Of a stretch of 64,000 bases of DNA, positions 30,190 to 39,857 are shown piece after piece. The notes below the pieces were generated by a model. It made no database searches, was not told the DNA's origin, and worked only from the letters and a program-made list of their open reading frames with translations. This DNA is from Longimicrobiales bacterium. GTDB lineage: Bacteria; Gemmatimonadota; Gemmatimonadetes; Longimicrobiales; Gaopeijiaceae. Position 1 is the stretch's first letter. Every line of letters starts with the position of its first letter. A program made the translations under genes and the position numbers. Location of the stretch: assembly GCA_965202805.1 (NCBI GenBank), contig OZ241869.1, positions 2,176,001-2,240,000 of the forward strand. The letters run 5' to 3'.

Positions 30190-30591
30190 ATGAGCGCGAA
30201 TGGAAAATGGGGCCTGATGGCCTTGGGCATCCTGGCGATGGCCGCTGCCGTCCCGGCCACCGAGTCCGGCATCAAGCAGGCTCTGCCGGAGGGAGTGACC
30301 GAAGAGATGGTGGAGGAGGGCAGGGCGCTTTTCGCGAGCGACGCCCTGTGCTTCACCTGCCACGCTACCGGGGAGGGTGTCCCCAACCTGGGACCCAACC
30401 TGACCGACGACACGTGGCTGAACATCGAGGATCCCACTTCATATGATCAATTCGTGGAACTGATCAACACGGGGGTCCCCATGCCCAAGGAGCACATGAT
30501 CCCCATGGTGCCGCGGGCGGGCAGCCCCATCAACGACGAGCAGGTCCGGGCCGTCGCGGCCTTCGTCTGGACGCTGGCGAACGGCAGTTAG
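30190..30591 (+). CDS. Mono-haem class I cytochrome c
   Basis: GAGGAG SD, signal peptide, CFTCH, GPNLTDDTW, PM axial Met region. Confidence 0.88.
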   Translation: MSANGKWGLMALGILAMAAAVPATESGIKQALPEGVTEEMVEEGRALFASDALCFTCHATGEGVPNLGPNLTDDTWLNIEDPTSYDQFVELINTGVPMPKEHMIPMVPRAGSPINDEQVRAVAAFVWTLANGS

Positions 30592-30627
30592 CCGGGTCTC
30601 AAGCCCTGCGGGCGGATCAGCCGCAGG

Positions 30628-30672
30628 AAAAGAACCGCCGCCCCCTCGCTGAACGGGGGCGGCGGTTTTGTT
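30628..30672. terminator. Bidirectional intrinsic terminator
   Basis: AAAAGAACCGCCGCCCCC-loop-GGGGGCGGCGGTTTTGTT between convergent genes. Confidence 0.85.
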
Positions 30673-30731
30673 GTGGGCCGAGCCGGTTCCTGGCGTGTGG
30701 CCAGGCCGGCACCAGGCGGTCGACCGGGGGT

Positions 30732-31385
30732 TCAGCCCCCCATGCCCTCGCCGCGCTTCATGAAGCCCATGTGGGCGCTGGCCTGCTCGAGGCCGCCCTC
30801 ACCTTCCTGCCAGCCCACGCGTCCGTCGCCGTTGGCGTCGAGCCCGGAGACGAGCTGACCGGCCACTTCCGCCATCTCCTCGACCAGGGACGCAGCGGCG
30901 TCAGCGGACTCGGCTTCCTGGATCTGGGCCGCCAGTTCCAGAATGCGGTCGGCCCGCGCGACCGTGTTGTTGGCCGAGGTGGAAACGTGGTTCGAGTGGT
31001 TCCGGATGTTGTCCGTGGCGCCCTCGGAATCGGCCGCCATGGAGATGTGGCGTGCGGCTCCGGACGCGGCTTGCTTCACGCCGTAGCCGGCGCCTGGGCC
31101 GTTCTCCACGACGCTGGGATCGACGGCGTGCTGAACGTGGCCGGTGTGACGCTGCATGGCGCCGAGGTCGGTCAGGTCACGTGCCGCCAGGCCGGCGTGC
31201 ATGGCCGCAACCTCGGCCTCGGCCACCGCGGTGGGAAGCAGTCCCATCCCGTCGGGGGTGCCGCGGAACCCGTCCGCGACGTGTCCCATGTGAGCGTGTG
31301 CAGGGCTGTCCTGGGCGGCCGCGTCGGTGGCGAAACCAACGAGAGCGAGCGCCATCAGGGCGATGGTGAATGGGTGTGCGCGCAT
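30732..31385 (-). CDS. Secreted His-rich helical hypothetical protein
   Basis: GGAGG SD, signal peptide, HAHMGH, HTGHVQH, HSNH, DANGDG. Confidence 0.75.
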   Translation of the reverse strand: MRAHPFTIALMALALVGFATDAAAQDSPAHAHMGHVADGFRGTPDGMGLLPTAVAEAEVAAMHAGLAARDLTDLGAMQRHTGHVQHAVDPSVVENGPGAGYGVKQAASGAARHISMAADSEGATDNIRNHSNHVSTSANNTVARADRILELAAQIQEAESADAAASLVEEMAEVAGQLVSGLDANGDGRVGWQEGEGGLEQASAHMGFMKRGEGMGG

Positions 31386-31562
31386 GGAGTACCTCCGTGA
31401 AGAATGAAGGGTGAATCTTCTGTCGAATCTGTTGTGAGACTTCCTGAAACCGGCGGTTTTCCCCGACGATTCCCATCGCCGGAGACACCTGCAGGAAAAT
31501 TGCATGTCCGGGGGATGACAGGCAAGCAACGGGGTGTCACTGGCGGACCGGTGAAAACTGCA

Positions 31563-33053
31563 TCAGGGCGTCCTTGGGAGGACCTCTGGCCTGGTCTCGC
31601 GCAGGATGGAAAGGATGGCTTCGCGGTCGTCCGCGGAGAGATGCGCGAAATCACTCCCGCCCTCCTCGCCCCGGAGGATGCTCAGGATGCGTGCGTTGAC
31701 GTACGCTCGGGCCTGCACCGGGAGGGCATCGTACTCCGGCGAGTGGATGAGGTAGCTCAGCGGGTGGCGGAAGAGCCGGGTGCGGAGATCCAGGTCGCGG
31801 AGGGAGCGGCCCTCGGCGTCCTTGCGGCCGTCAGCCGTGAAGTCGGCGGTGAAGGAGGAGGTGCCTTCGATGGGGTCCTCGAAACCGGGGGTGCCCACGA
31901 AGAACAGGGCGCGCACGAGCACCTCGCCGAGGCCCTCGACCAGGCGCGCGGTGCGCGGGGACATCTCGCCGGGAGGGAGGCCCGCCTGCTGGTCGGCGTG
32001 AAGGCGGGTGCGGACGCGGTATCCCAGCAGGGTGATGAGGTTCTGCACCGTGGTCTGGTGCTCGATGACCATCAACGCCACGATGTCGCTGTGGGCGCCA
32101 AGGTAGGGGGTCACGTCGATGAGCTCGCTGAGGTCGGTGAGGTTGCCGCCCGCGGTCGGCGAGTCGCCCCCGCGGCCGAGGGCGACGTTCCCCATGTGGA
32201 GTTGCTCCCCGTGCGTGCCGGTGACGTACCAGCCGCCCCAGCGCTCGCGGATGGGGGTGGTGTCGGCCGTGATCTGCCACAGCTCGTGGGAGGCCAGCTG
32301 GCCGTTCTCGTCCGTCGGCCCGGAGCCCATGATGTGCCGGGGCACCCCGCCTCCGGTGAGCGAGAAGGAGTCGTGGCACTGTAGGCAGAGGCCGGTCTGA
32401 CGGCGGATGCGGGGCCCTTCCTCCCCGTCCGGGTCCAGGTTGTAGAAGACCGGTCCCAGCTCCGGGTCCTGGGCGGAAATCTCGAGGCCGTCCGCCCCCG
32501 GCGTCCAGGCGACGTACACGCGGTCGTTGAAGTAGATGGCGCGCGGGGTCTCGGGCCAGATGAGGCGCGCCAGCAGGCTGGTCTTGGAGAAGACCAGCAT
32601 CTGTGAGGAGACAGGGATGCGGAGCTCGCGCAGGATGGCCGCCAGGTAGGCGCTCGGGCCTTCGCGAGCGAGGGTGACGTCCCCGCTCTCCAGGCGGCGG
32701 GCGAGGTCGGCCACCGGGTCGGTGGTCTCGCCGGTCATGTAGGGGATGGTCGGGTATTCGGTGTCGTAGGGAAGCTGGGGGACGGGGGCGATCGGTGCGG
32801 GGGCGGCGGCGCTGTCCGCGGGGGTCAGGGCTGCGAGCAGGGCGACCGCCAGGATGGTGACGTCGAAACCGCCGCAGGTGAGCGCGCGCTTGCGCCCCAG
32901 GCCGACGGGCCGGCCAACTCTTCGCCCGCCACTCGCAGGCCGAGCGGGGTGTGGGCCGGAAAACCGTTTCCCCTGCCGACATCTGTTTCTGCGCCTCCGC
33001 GCGCGGCCCCCGAGCCATCCGGTCGGCGACGGCCAGTCGTACAGCGCGCTCAT
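31563..33053 (-). CDS. Secreted hypothetical protein with one CxxCH (probable c-type haem)
   Basis: SQMLVFSKTS, PRAIYFND, CLQCH, RWGGWYVTG, SDIVALMVIEHQ, RSLRDLDL. ATG overlaps the amidohydrolase stop, but the start is uncertain. Confidence 0.7.
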   Translation of the reverse strand: MSALYDWPSPTGWLGGRARRRRNRCRQGKRFSGPHPARPASGGRRVGRPVGLGRKRALTCGGFDVTILAVALLAALTPADSAAAPAPIAPVPQLPYDTEYPTIPYMTGETTDPVADLARRLESGDVTLAREGPSAYLAAILRELRIPVSSQMLVFSKTSLLARLIWPETPRAIYFNDRVYVAWTPGADGLEISAQDPELGPVFYNLDPDGEEGPRIRRQTGLCLQCHDSFSLTGGGVPRHIMGSGPTDENGQLASHELWQITADTTPIRERWGGWYVTGTHGEQLHMGNVALGRGGDSPTAGGNLTDLSELIDVTPYLGAHSDIVALMVIEHQTTVQNLITLLGYRVRTRLHADQQAGLPPGEMSPRTARLVEGLGEVLVRALFFVGTPGFEDPIEGTSSFTADFTADGRKDAEGRSLRDLDLRTRLFRHPLSYLIHSPEYDALPVQARAYVNARILSILRGEEGGSDFAHLSADDREAILSILRETRPEVLPRTP

Positions 33054-34420
33054 CGCGTGATCGCCCCGTAGGGCCGTCCGGCCCGCATGGCGGCATAGGG
33101 TACCAGCCGCCGTGCAGCCGTCCGGCGCTTGCCCCCGGAGTCCACCAGCTCGTAGTCGCCCTCCACCATCTGGAAGACGGACAGGTCGGCCACCGCGCCC
33201 TCGCGCAGGGTGCCCAGTTCCTCCCCGAAGTCGAAGATGCCCGCGGGGGTGGAGGTGGCGCAGCGGATCACCTCCTCGAGCGACATGCCCATGTGCAGGA
33301 ACTTGGTGAGGGTGGTGGGGAGGCCGAAGACCGGGCCGAGCGCGTTGCCGCGATGCACGTCGCTCGAGATGGCCGCGAGCCGGATCCCCTGGCCGAGGGC
33401 GCGCTCGGCGACATCGAAGTCCAGGTTGCCGCGGCCGTGGCCGATGTCGAGGTGGATGCCCCGCTCCACCGCCTCGCGCACCTGCGGGTAGACGGTGCCG
33501 GCATCGTCGAGGATGCTCCGGTTGCGGCGCAGGGCGTGGGTCACCACGTCGCCGGGGCGGAGCATCTCCAGGATGCGCGGGAGGGGGGAGGTCTGGCCGC
33601 CGATGTGCACCATGATGGGCACGCCGGCGCCCTCCGCGGCGAGCCGGGTGAGGCGCATGACCTCGATGTCGTTGCCGCCCGGGATGCCGGCCAGCATGCG
33701 CACCTTGAGGCCCACGATCACGTCCCGGTTGGCCTCGACGGTCGCGACGATGGCGTCCGGGTCGATGTACGCCAGGTCGGCCAGTTCATTCGAGATGGTC
33801 ATGCCCGGACTGGACACGTTGAGGAGGGCGTACACGCGCGTTCGCGCGGGCGCCGCCACGTACGTCCTGAAACCCGGGAAGGTGGTGGCGCCCGACGAGC
33901 CGGCGTCGACGACGGTAGTCACCCCCTTGGCGATCCCCACCACGTCCGGCTCGATGGAAACGCCCGAGACCCCGTCGTAGACGTGCGTGTGGATGTCGAT
34001 CAGGCCCGGCGTGACGATCATGCCGTGGGCGCGCACGACCTGGCGACCCTCGCTGTCGGCGATGTGCTCGGCCACACGCGCCACCCGCCCGCCGGTAATG
34101 CCGATGTCGCGGGGCGCGTCGATCCGCTCGGCGGGGTCGATCAGGCGGCCGCCGACCACCACCGTGTCGAACTGGCGTTGCTGCCCCGGCATCCGATCGC
34201 GGCCCCATGCGGCTTGAACTCCGGCCACCGCCGTATCGATCCGGCCTTCCCGCCACGCCCGCAACGGAAACGGCAGCGCCAGCGCGACGCCGGCGCTCGC
34301 AGCGCCGGCCACGAACTGGCGGCGGGTTGTGTTGGAGTCGGGCAGAGACCGCGGCTGCGCGTGGGACATCCCCTCCGCTGCCGCGCTATCTCGACCCCTG
34401 GTCGGGTCGCGCACGTTCAC
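33050..34420 (-). CDS. Amidohydrolase/deacetylase-family metallohydrolase (dihydroorotase-like) with Tat signal
   Basis: TRRQFVAG, PGLIDIHTH, VDAGSSG, MVH, THA, DIGHG, SSDVH; start at 34420 or 34369. Confidence 0.85.
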   Translation of the reverse strand: MNVRDPTRGRDSAAAEGMSHAQPRSLPDSNTTRRQFVAGAASAGVALALPFPLRAWREGRIDTAVAGVQAAWGRDRMPGQQRQFDTVVVGGRLIDPAERIDAPRDIGITGGRVARVAEHIADSEGRQVVRAHGMIVTPGLIDIHTHVYDGVSGVSIEPDVVGIAKGVTTVVDAGSSGATTFPGFRTYVAAPARTRVYALLNVSSPGMTISNELADLAYIDPDAIVATVEANRDVIVGLKVRMLAGIPGGNDIEVMRLTRLAAEGAGVPIMVHIGGQTSPLPRILEMLRPGDVVTHALRRNRSILDDAGTVYPQVREAVERGIHLDIGHGRGNLDFDVAERALGQGIRLAAISSDVHRGNALGPVFGLPTTLTKFLHMGMSLEEVIRCATSTPAGIFDFGEELGTLREGAVADLSVFQMVEGDYELVDSGGKRRTAARRLVPYAAMRAGRPYGAITR

Positions 34421-34568
34421 CCCCCGGTCCCTGCCACAGCCACAATGACCATTGCGGGGCCCCTCTGCTTTCGTCGTCAGGACACGCGGGCAATATACGT
34501 GAAACGGCTGCCGGAGGCCCGCAGGCCCCCGGCAGCCGCCGGTCCAACTGTTCGGAGGCTGGAGGCGA

Positions 34569-35942
34569 TCAGCCGCCGCCGCCGATCTGCGGAACGTTGG
34601 GGTTGCGCTCGCGCTCCGAGTCTGGAACGTCGAAGCAGAGGCGCGCCTGACCGCCGATTTCGGTGCCGCGCGGGTTGTCGCTGAAGATCTCCGAGATGCG
34701 CTCGAAGTCCGGCAGCTCGATGTCGCCCGGCGTGCCGTTTTCCAGCCAGCGCCTCTGGTCGCCCAGCGTGCGTGCCTCGAGGAAGAGTTCGATCGCCCGC
34801 TCCCGCTTGAGGTACGTCCAGGCCCCTTCCAGGCTCATCGCGTCCCGCGGCCCCAGCGGCATGCCGCCCGGATGCAGCATGGTCTCGTTGGTGGTGTAGG
34901 TGGCGCGCAGGTTGTTGATTGTGGTCATCGCCGCCTGCCAGTTACCGTTCGTCAACTGGGCTTCGGCCTCGATAAGCCGCATCTCCGCGCCACTTGCGAC
35001 ATTGTACGAGTCGTTGGGATCGTCGTACTTGGTCTGGTTGAACCAGGGGGTCTGGCCGTAGCCCAGAAGGGATGCGTTCGACCACGGGAAACTGGGGTCC
35101 TCGAACCACTCCGTGCGCGGATCCCCGGTCTCCTGATAGTAGCCGGACGCGCGTACGGGCGCGCCGCCGGCCATCATGTCCGGCTGCGGCCCGTAGTAGG
35201 TGTTCCACATGGTAAAGGCCAGGTAGGGAGTCCTGGCGTTGGCCCACTGCGGGACGTTGCGGGTTGTGGCGACGTTCGCGTCCGCCGCTACAGAGTATTC
35301 GAACGTGTTGGGCACGCCGCCGGCGTCCGCCGCAGCACCACCCCAGTCACCCAGGAAGGCGCGCACCGAAGCGCGGCCGGCGGTCGCCGCCATCCTCAGC
35401 GTCTCGCCGGGATTCAGGGAGAGCGCGGCGGTGAACTGCTCCTCCGCGCGCCGCAGATAGTCCGAACCGGGAAGCAGCCCCGACCCGTCGATGACGGCCT
35501 CGCACCAGTTCTCGCCCAACAGCCGGTTCGAGAACCCGGCCCAGACGTTGGCCTGCGCCACGACCTCCGAGTCAACGGGGTCTTCCGATTCCGCGAACAG
35601 CTTGAGGGCCGTCTCGGCGATGAAGCGCGCCTGCTGGCCGTCGTTGAAGTAGCCGCCGTAGCCGCCGGGCGCGATGTAGCCTCCCTGGGCCAGAACGTTG
35701 TGCCCGTACGACCCGGTCTGGCCACCCGGCATGATCTGCCGGGTCACGAGCGCCCCGGTGTACCCGATCCAGCCGATGCCTTCACTGAGCCTGCGCTGCG
35801 ACCCGTTGACCAGCCCCTCGCGGGACTCCTCGCGGACCAGGAACTCGTCCTGGATCGGACCGGGATTGATGACTTCGCACGCCGAGGTTGCGACGAAGGC
35901 GACCAGGAGGGTGGCACTCTGGAATGCTTGCTTGATGTTCAT
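34569..35942 (-). CDS. RagB/SusD-family outer-membrane lipoprotein
   Basis: Lipobox TSAC, EMRLIEAEA, INNLR, ERAIELFLEA..LGD.RRW. Confidence 0.85.
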   Translation of the reverse strand: MNIKQAFQSATLLVAFVATSACEVINPGPIQDEFLVREESREGLVNGSQRRLSEGIGWIGYTGALVTRQIMPGGQTGSYGHNVLAQGGYIAPGGYGGYFNDGQQARFIAETALKLFAESEDPVDSEVVAQANVWAGFSNRLLGENWCEAVIDGSGLLPGSDYLRRAEEQFTAALSLNPGETLRMAATAGRASVRAFLGDWGGAAADAGGVPNTFEYSVAADANVATTRNVPQWANARTPYLAFTMWNTYYGPQPDMMAGGAPVRASGYYQETGDPRTEWFEDPSFPWSNASLLGYGQTPWFNQTKYDDPNDSYNVASGAEMRLIEAEAQLTNGNWQAAMTTINNLRATYTTNETMLHPGGMPLGPRDAMSLEGAWTYLKRERAIELFLEARTLGDQRRWLENGTPGDIELPDFERISEIFSDNPRGTEIGGQARLCFDVPDSERERNPNVPQIGGGG

Positions 35943-35954
35943 ATTGCCCTCCCC

Positions 35955-38924
35955 CTAGAACGTGATCCGGAGGGATGCGTGCAGCGTGATCGGCGCCGGC
36001 ACGGACTCCTCGAAGTTATAACCCTGCCTCTGACCGCTGTTGGGATCGCCGGTCAGCTCGGGATCCATGAACGGCATCTCCTTCCGCCAGAGGTACGAGT
36101 TGCGCAGAGCCAGCGTGAAGGTCGCGTTGCTCACTCTCTCCGGGAAGACGGCGTCCACCGGGATGGTCGCGCTCACACTGCGCAGCTTGAAGAAGTCGGC
36201 CTTCCACATGTAGCCCTCGCCTTCACGCGGGTTGCAGCGGGCGCGGAAGAGGGCCGGTGTGTCCGGCTTCATCTCGATGGAGTTCTGCGGGTCCACGTAC
36301 CAGGGGAAGCAGAGATGCGAGCGGACGCTTCGGCTGATGGACCAGACGGCCTCGTTCATGTAGAAGCCACCCTTGAACTCGCCGTTGGCGGAGAGCGTGA
36401 TGTTGCCCGGCGCCCGGACCGTCATGTTTCCGCCGATAAACGTGGTCGGCAGATTGGGCCCGTAGTTGTGGAGGTCGCTATCAACGGCCTGTCGCTCGGT
36501 GCAGACCCGGTCGAGGCAGTAGTTGGGCGCCGCGATTTCGTCCGGGTTCCTGACGATCAGGTCGCGCATGTTGCGCAGCGGGCATCCCTCGTCCCCGTTC
36601 GGCCCGCAGTCCATGCGCAGCGAATTGGTCGGAATAATGCCCTCGCCGAGTTCCAGCACCTTGGAATGGTTGGTGGTCAGCGACCCGCCGAGGTCCACGC
36701 CCCAGTTGGCCGATTCCAGCACCGTCAAGCCCATCTCCAGCTCGATGCCCTGGTTCTGGAGCCGGCCGATGTTGGTGAGCTGGCTGGCGGTGAAGCCGGT
36801 GGAGGGAATCTGCGGGACGAACAGCAGCGCATCGTTGGTGGTCTGCCGGTAGGCCGTGAAGGTGGTGGTGAGCCGGTCACCCAGCCACGATGCGTCGAAT
36901 CCGGCCTCGATCTCTTCCGTGACCTCCGGACCGACCTGGTCGTTGCCCACGTTGGCCGGAACGAATGCCGGTACGCCGGCCAGACCGGCGGGGCTCCAGG
37001 TCCGCACTGCGTCGAAGGCGCCTGGCGCGCGGCCGGACTGGCCGTAGGCGGCGCGCAGCTTGAACTCGCCCAGATCCGGCCAGAACGCTTCGTCGGAAAG
37101 GATCCATGAACCACTCACCTTCGGGTACACCTGGAGGCCGAAGCCCTTGCCGAAGGCGCTGTTACCGTCAACGCGCGTGCCCAGGGTAATGAAATAGCGG
37201 TCCGAGATGTCGAAGACGTTCTGGAAGAAGAAGCCGGCGTTCCAGATCTTGGAGCGCGTCTCGAAGCCCTGGGTGAGGGCGGCAGAATTGATGGTGGGGT
37301 CCGCGGCGCCGGGGAAGTTCTCGCCGAAGGCTTCGACCGTGCGGTCATCGTCACCGGTGGCCTGACCGCCCCAGGAGAAGTTGGAGCCGATCGAAGACGT
37401 CAGTTCGAAGTTGTAGGTCCCAACGTAGTCGAAGGAGAGCACCCGGTTCTGGAAAGTGTTGTTGAGCAGGGACCCCTCCGGCACCTGCCTCCACGCGTAG
37501 GGGCGCAGGTTGCGGTGCTCCTGGCTCGAGAAGTCGTAGCCCATCGTGAAGCGGTTGGTGAGCCTTTCCATGGGCGAATAGGTGATCGTGGCGCCGGTGG
37601 TCAGCCGCTCGACATCCTGGTTGAGCTGCTGGTCCATCAGCTCGTTGAGGACCGCGGGATCGCCCGTGCCGAAGTAGTTCCTCTCCGACCGGAAGGCGTT
37701 GAGAGTGATGCCCTGGGCGTTGTTCTGCCCGTTGGTCATCGTCAGGGCGTTGGCCGAGTACGCCGTGTTCCACTGGATGGTCAGATCCGTGGCGGGCGTA
37801 ATCGTGAAGTTCGCGCGCGTGTGGTACTTCTTCTGCGAGTCGTTGGTCATGTAGCCCTGTTCATCCAGGAAGCCGCCCGAGATGAAGTACTGGAGGTCCT
37901 GCCTTCCGCCCCGTACGGAGAGAGAGTAGTCCAGCGTGAAGGGCGAGCCCGGATGATACTCGCCGCAGCTGAACGGTCCCGTGCAGAGCCAGGGTCCCAT
38001 GTTGATGTAGGGGTCTCCGCCTGAATCCTTTACGCCGAACTTGCGACTCCAGGCGCTTCCGCCCTTTACCTCGGCCGTCCACACGGGAGCTCCGGCGGCC
38101 CCTCGCTTGGTGAATACCTGGATGACGCCCGCGGAGGCCTCGGTACCGTACAGCGTGGTCGCCGCGGACCCCTTGATGACCTCGATGCGCTCGATGTCGT
38201 TGGGGTTGATGTTGTCGAGCGGGCTGACCGCGATGTTGCCGCTCCGGCCACCGCGGCGATCCGGCGGGTTGGCGTCCGGCAACGGGTCGCTGCGCATGCG
38301 CACGCCGTCGATGTAGATGAGCGGATGGTTGGAGAGCGACACGCTGCTCTGGCCACGCAGGCGGATGATCTTCGCCTGGCCGACGCCGCCGCCGCCGTAC
38401 ACCTCGAGTCCCGGTGCCTGCGACTGCAGGATGTCGGAAACGAGAACTGGGCGGTCGGGAATCTCTGCCGCGTTGATCTGCGCGATGGTGTTGCCGATCT
38501 CGCGCTGACGGGCCGCGCCGGCCGTGCCGGTCACGACGATCTCGTCGAGCCCGAGCGCTTCTTCGGTGAGCGTGAAGTCCTGCACCACGGTCTCGCCGGC
38601 GGCCACGGTGATCTGCGCGGTGGACGAACCCAAGCCGATGCGCTCGGCCCGCATCTCGTAGCTGCCCGGCGGCACGTTGAGCAGCACGTAGCGCCCGTTC
38701 TGCCGGGTGAGGCTTCCTACGCCGGTATCGGTCAGGAAAATCTGGACCTCGCCGAGCGGCGCTCCGGAGCCCTCCATCGTCACCTGGCCGGTAATCCGAC
38801 CGGGCTCCTGTGCCGCCGCGGGCAGTGCCGACGCGAGGAACCCGACCCCGAGGAGCAGGGCCGGAAGCGCGGCGCGACCCCTGGTTCGCGCGGTGGTTGT
38901 GGGTACGAACCTTCGATTGGTCAT
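35955..38924 (-). CDS. SusC/RagA-family TonB-dependent receptor
   Basis: LDEIVVTG, IRLRG..S, PLIYIDGV, INPNDIERIEVIKGSAATTLYG..A..GVIQVFTKRG, terminal Phe. Confidence 0.92.
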   Translation of the reverse strand: MTNRRFVPTTTARTRGRAALPALLLGVGFLASALPAAAQEPGRITGQVTMEGSGAPLGEVQIFLTDTGVGSLTRQNGRYVLLNVPPGSYEMRAERIGLGSSTAQITVAAGETVVQDFTLTEEALGLDEIVVTGTAGAARQREIGNTIAQINAAEIPDRPVLVSDILQSQAPGLEVYGGGGVGQAKIIRLRGQSSVSLSNHPLIYIDGVRMRSDPLPDANPPDRRGGRSGNIAVSPLDNINPNDIERIEVIKGSAATTLYGTEASAGVIQVFTKRGAAGAPVWTAEVKGGSAWSRKFGVKDSGGDPYINMGPWLCTGPFSCGEYHPGSPFTLDYSLSVRGGRQDLQYFISGGFLDEQGYMTNDSQKKYHTRANFTITPATDLTIQWNTAYSANALTMTNGQNNAQGITLNAFRSERNYFGTGDPAVLNELMDQQLNQDVERLTTGATITYSPMERLTNRFTMGYDFSSQEHRNLRPYAWRQVPEGSLLNNTFQNRVLSFDYVGTYNFELTSSIGSNFSWGGQATGDDDRTVEAFGENFPGAADPTINSAALTQGFETRSKIWNAGFFFQNVFDISDRYFITLGTRVDGNSAFGKGFGLQVYPKVSGSWILSDEAFWPDLGEFKLRAAYGQSGRAPGAFDAVRTWSPAGLAGVPAFVPANVGNDQVGPEVTEEIEAGFDASWLGDRLTTTFTAYRQTTNDALLFVPQIPSTGFTASQLTNIGRLQNQGIELEMGLTVLESANWGVDLGGSLTTNHSKVLELGEGIIPTNSLRMDCGPNGDEGCPLRNMRDLIVRNPDEIAAPNYCLDRVCTERQAVDSDLHNYGPNLPTTFIGGNMTVRAPGNITLSANGEFKGGFYMNEAVWSISRSVRSHLCFPWYVDPQNSIEMKPDTPALFRARCNPREGEGYMWKADFFKLRSVSATIPVDAVFPERVSNATFTLALRNSYLWRKEMPFMDPELTGDPNSGQRQGYNFEESVPAPITLHASLRITF

Positions 38925-39036
38925 GACATCCTCCCTTGAGGGAAACACGTAAGCGTCGTCGTGTCCTGGCATGCCTCCGAAGCCCGCTGCCGACCTACAG
39001 CGCGCCTCGCGAGAACGCAATCAGCTACAACCTAGC

Positions 39037-39066
39037 AGAGTAGGCGACAACAGCCCTGACCGTCAA
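39037..39066 (-). promoter_or_regulatory. Candidate sigma70 promoter for susC-susD
   Basis: TTGACG-N18-TACTCT on the minus strand. Confidence 0.4.
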
Positions 39067-39129
39067 GCCGCAGGGGGAGCGTTGGGGCGCGCATGGACCG
39101 GGACGGCCGGGACATGGGACCGGGACTCA

Positions 39130-39171
39130 GTCAGGTGCCCGAAGCGCAGTCCGTCAGTGCCCGAAGCGCAG
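39130..39171. repeat. Imperfect direct repeat duplicating the 3' end of the adjacent gene
   Basis: GTCAGGTGCCCGAAGCGCAG (39130-39149) and GTCAGTGCCCGAAGCGCAG (39153-39171). Confidence 0.8.
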
Positions 39172-39669
39172 GGTGAAGACGCGGCGGCGGCGGTCCTCCA
39201 CCGGGTCAAAGGGCGGGGTGACCGCGTCGGGTTGGCGGGCGTCGTTGAGGATGAAGACGATGAGCCCGGTGATGGCGGCCGTGGTGGCGCCCACCAGCAG
39301 TCCGGTCTTGCTCCGGCTCAGTTCCTGACGTTCGATCTGCACGATCTCGCTGGCCGGGATCCGGAGGTCCTGCCCCAGCTGGGCGGTATGGAAGCCGACC
39401 TGTCGCCGGACCGTGGGCACACGCACGAAAAGGTCGCCGCCGGTGCGCCGCACGAATTCGCCGGAGAGCACGGGCTCGGAAACCATGCTCAGCGCCTCCT
39501 CGGCACCGCCTTCGTTGACGGCGTCCACGCCCGCGCGGGTCAGATACAGCCGCACCGATTCGCCCGGTGGCACCGCGCCGATCTCGGTGGGCACGTAGTT
39601 GAAGCAGCCTGTGGTCGTGGAGAGCACCACGGCGGCGGCGAGCGTCGGAAGTAGTCGTTTCGGCTTCAT
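39154..39669 (-). CDS. Hypothetical lipoprotein with C-terminal transmembrane helix
   Basis: Lipobox TTGC, CFNYVP, hydrophobic C-terminal segment. Confidence 0.7.
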   Translation of the reverse strand: MKPKRLLPTLAAAVVLSTTTGCFNYVPTEIGAVPPGESVRLYLTRAGVDAVNEGGAEEALSMVSEPVLSGEFVRRTGGDLFVRVPTVRRQVGFHTAQLGQDLRIPASEIVQIERQELSRSKTGLLVGATTAAITGLIVFILNDARQPDAVTPPFDPVEDRRRRVFTLRFGH

Positions 39670-39857
39670 GGGCAGACAATGATGGAGTTTTCGAATGTTA
39701 ATCCTCTCACCATCGGATCGGCAACGATGACCGCTGGAGTCGACCTTGTGCCGTCCGGCGTCACGGGCTGCGCGGTGCGACCGCTGACTGCGTGGTGGCG
39801 AGCCGCGCGGGCTGACGGCGACGTTGACGACGAATGCCGGGGCGCCGACAATCCACC

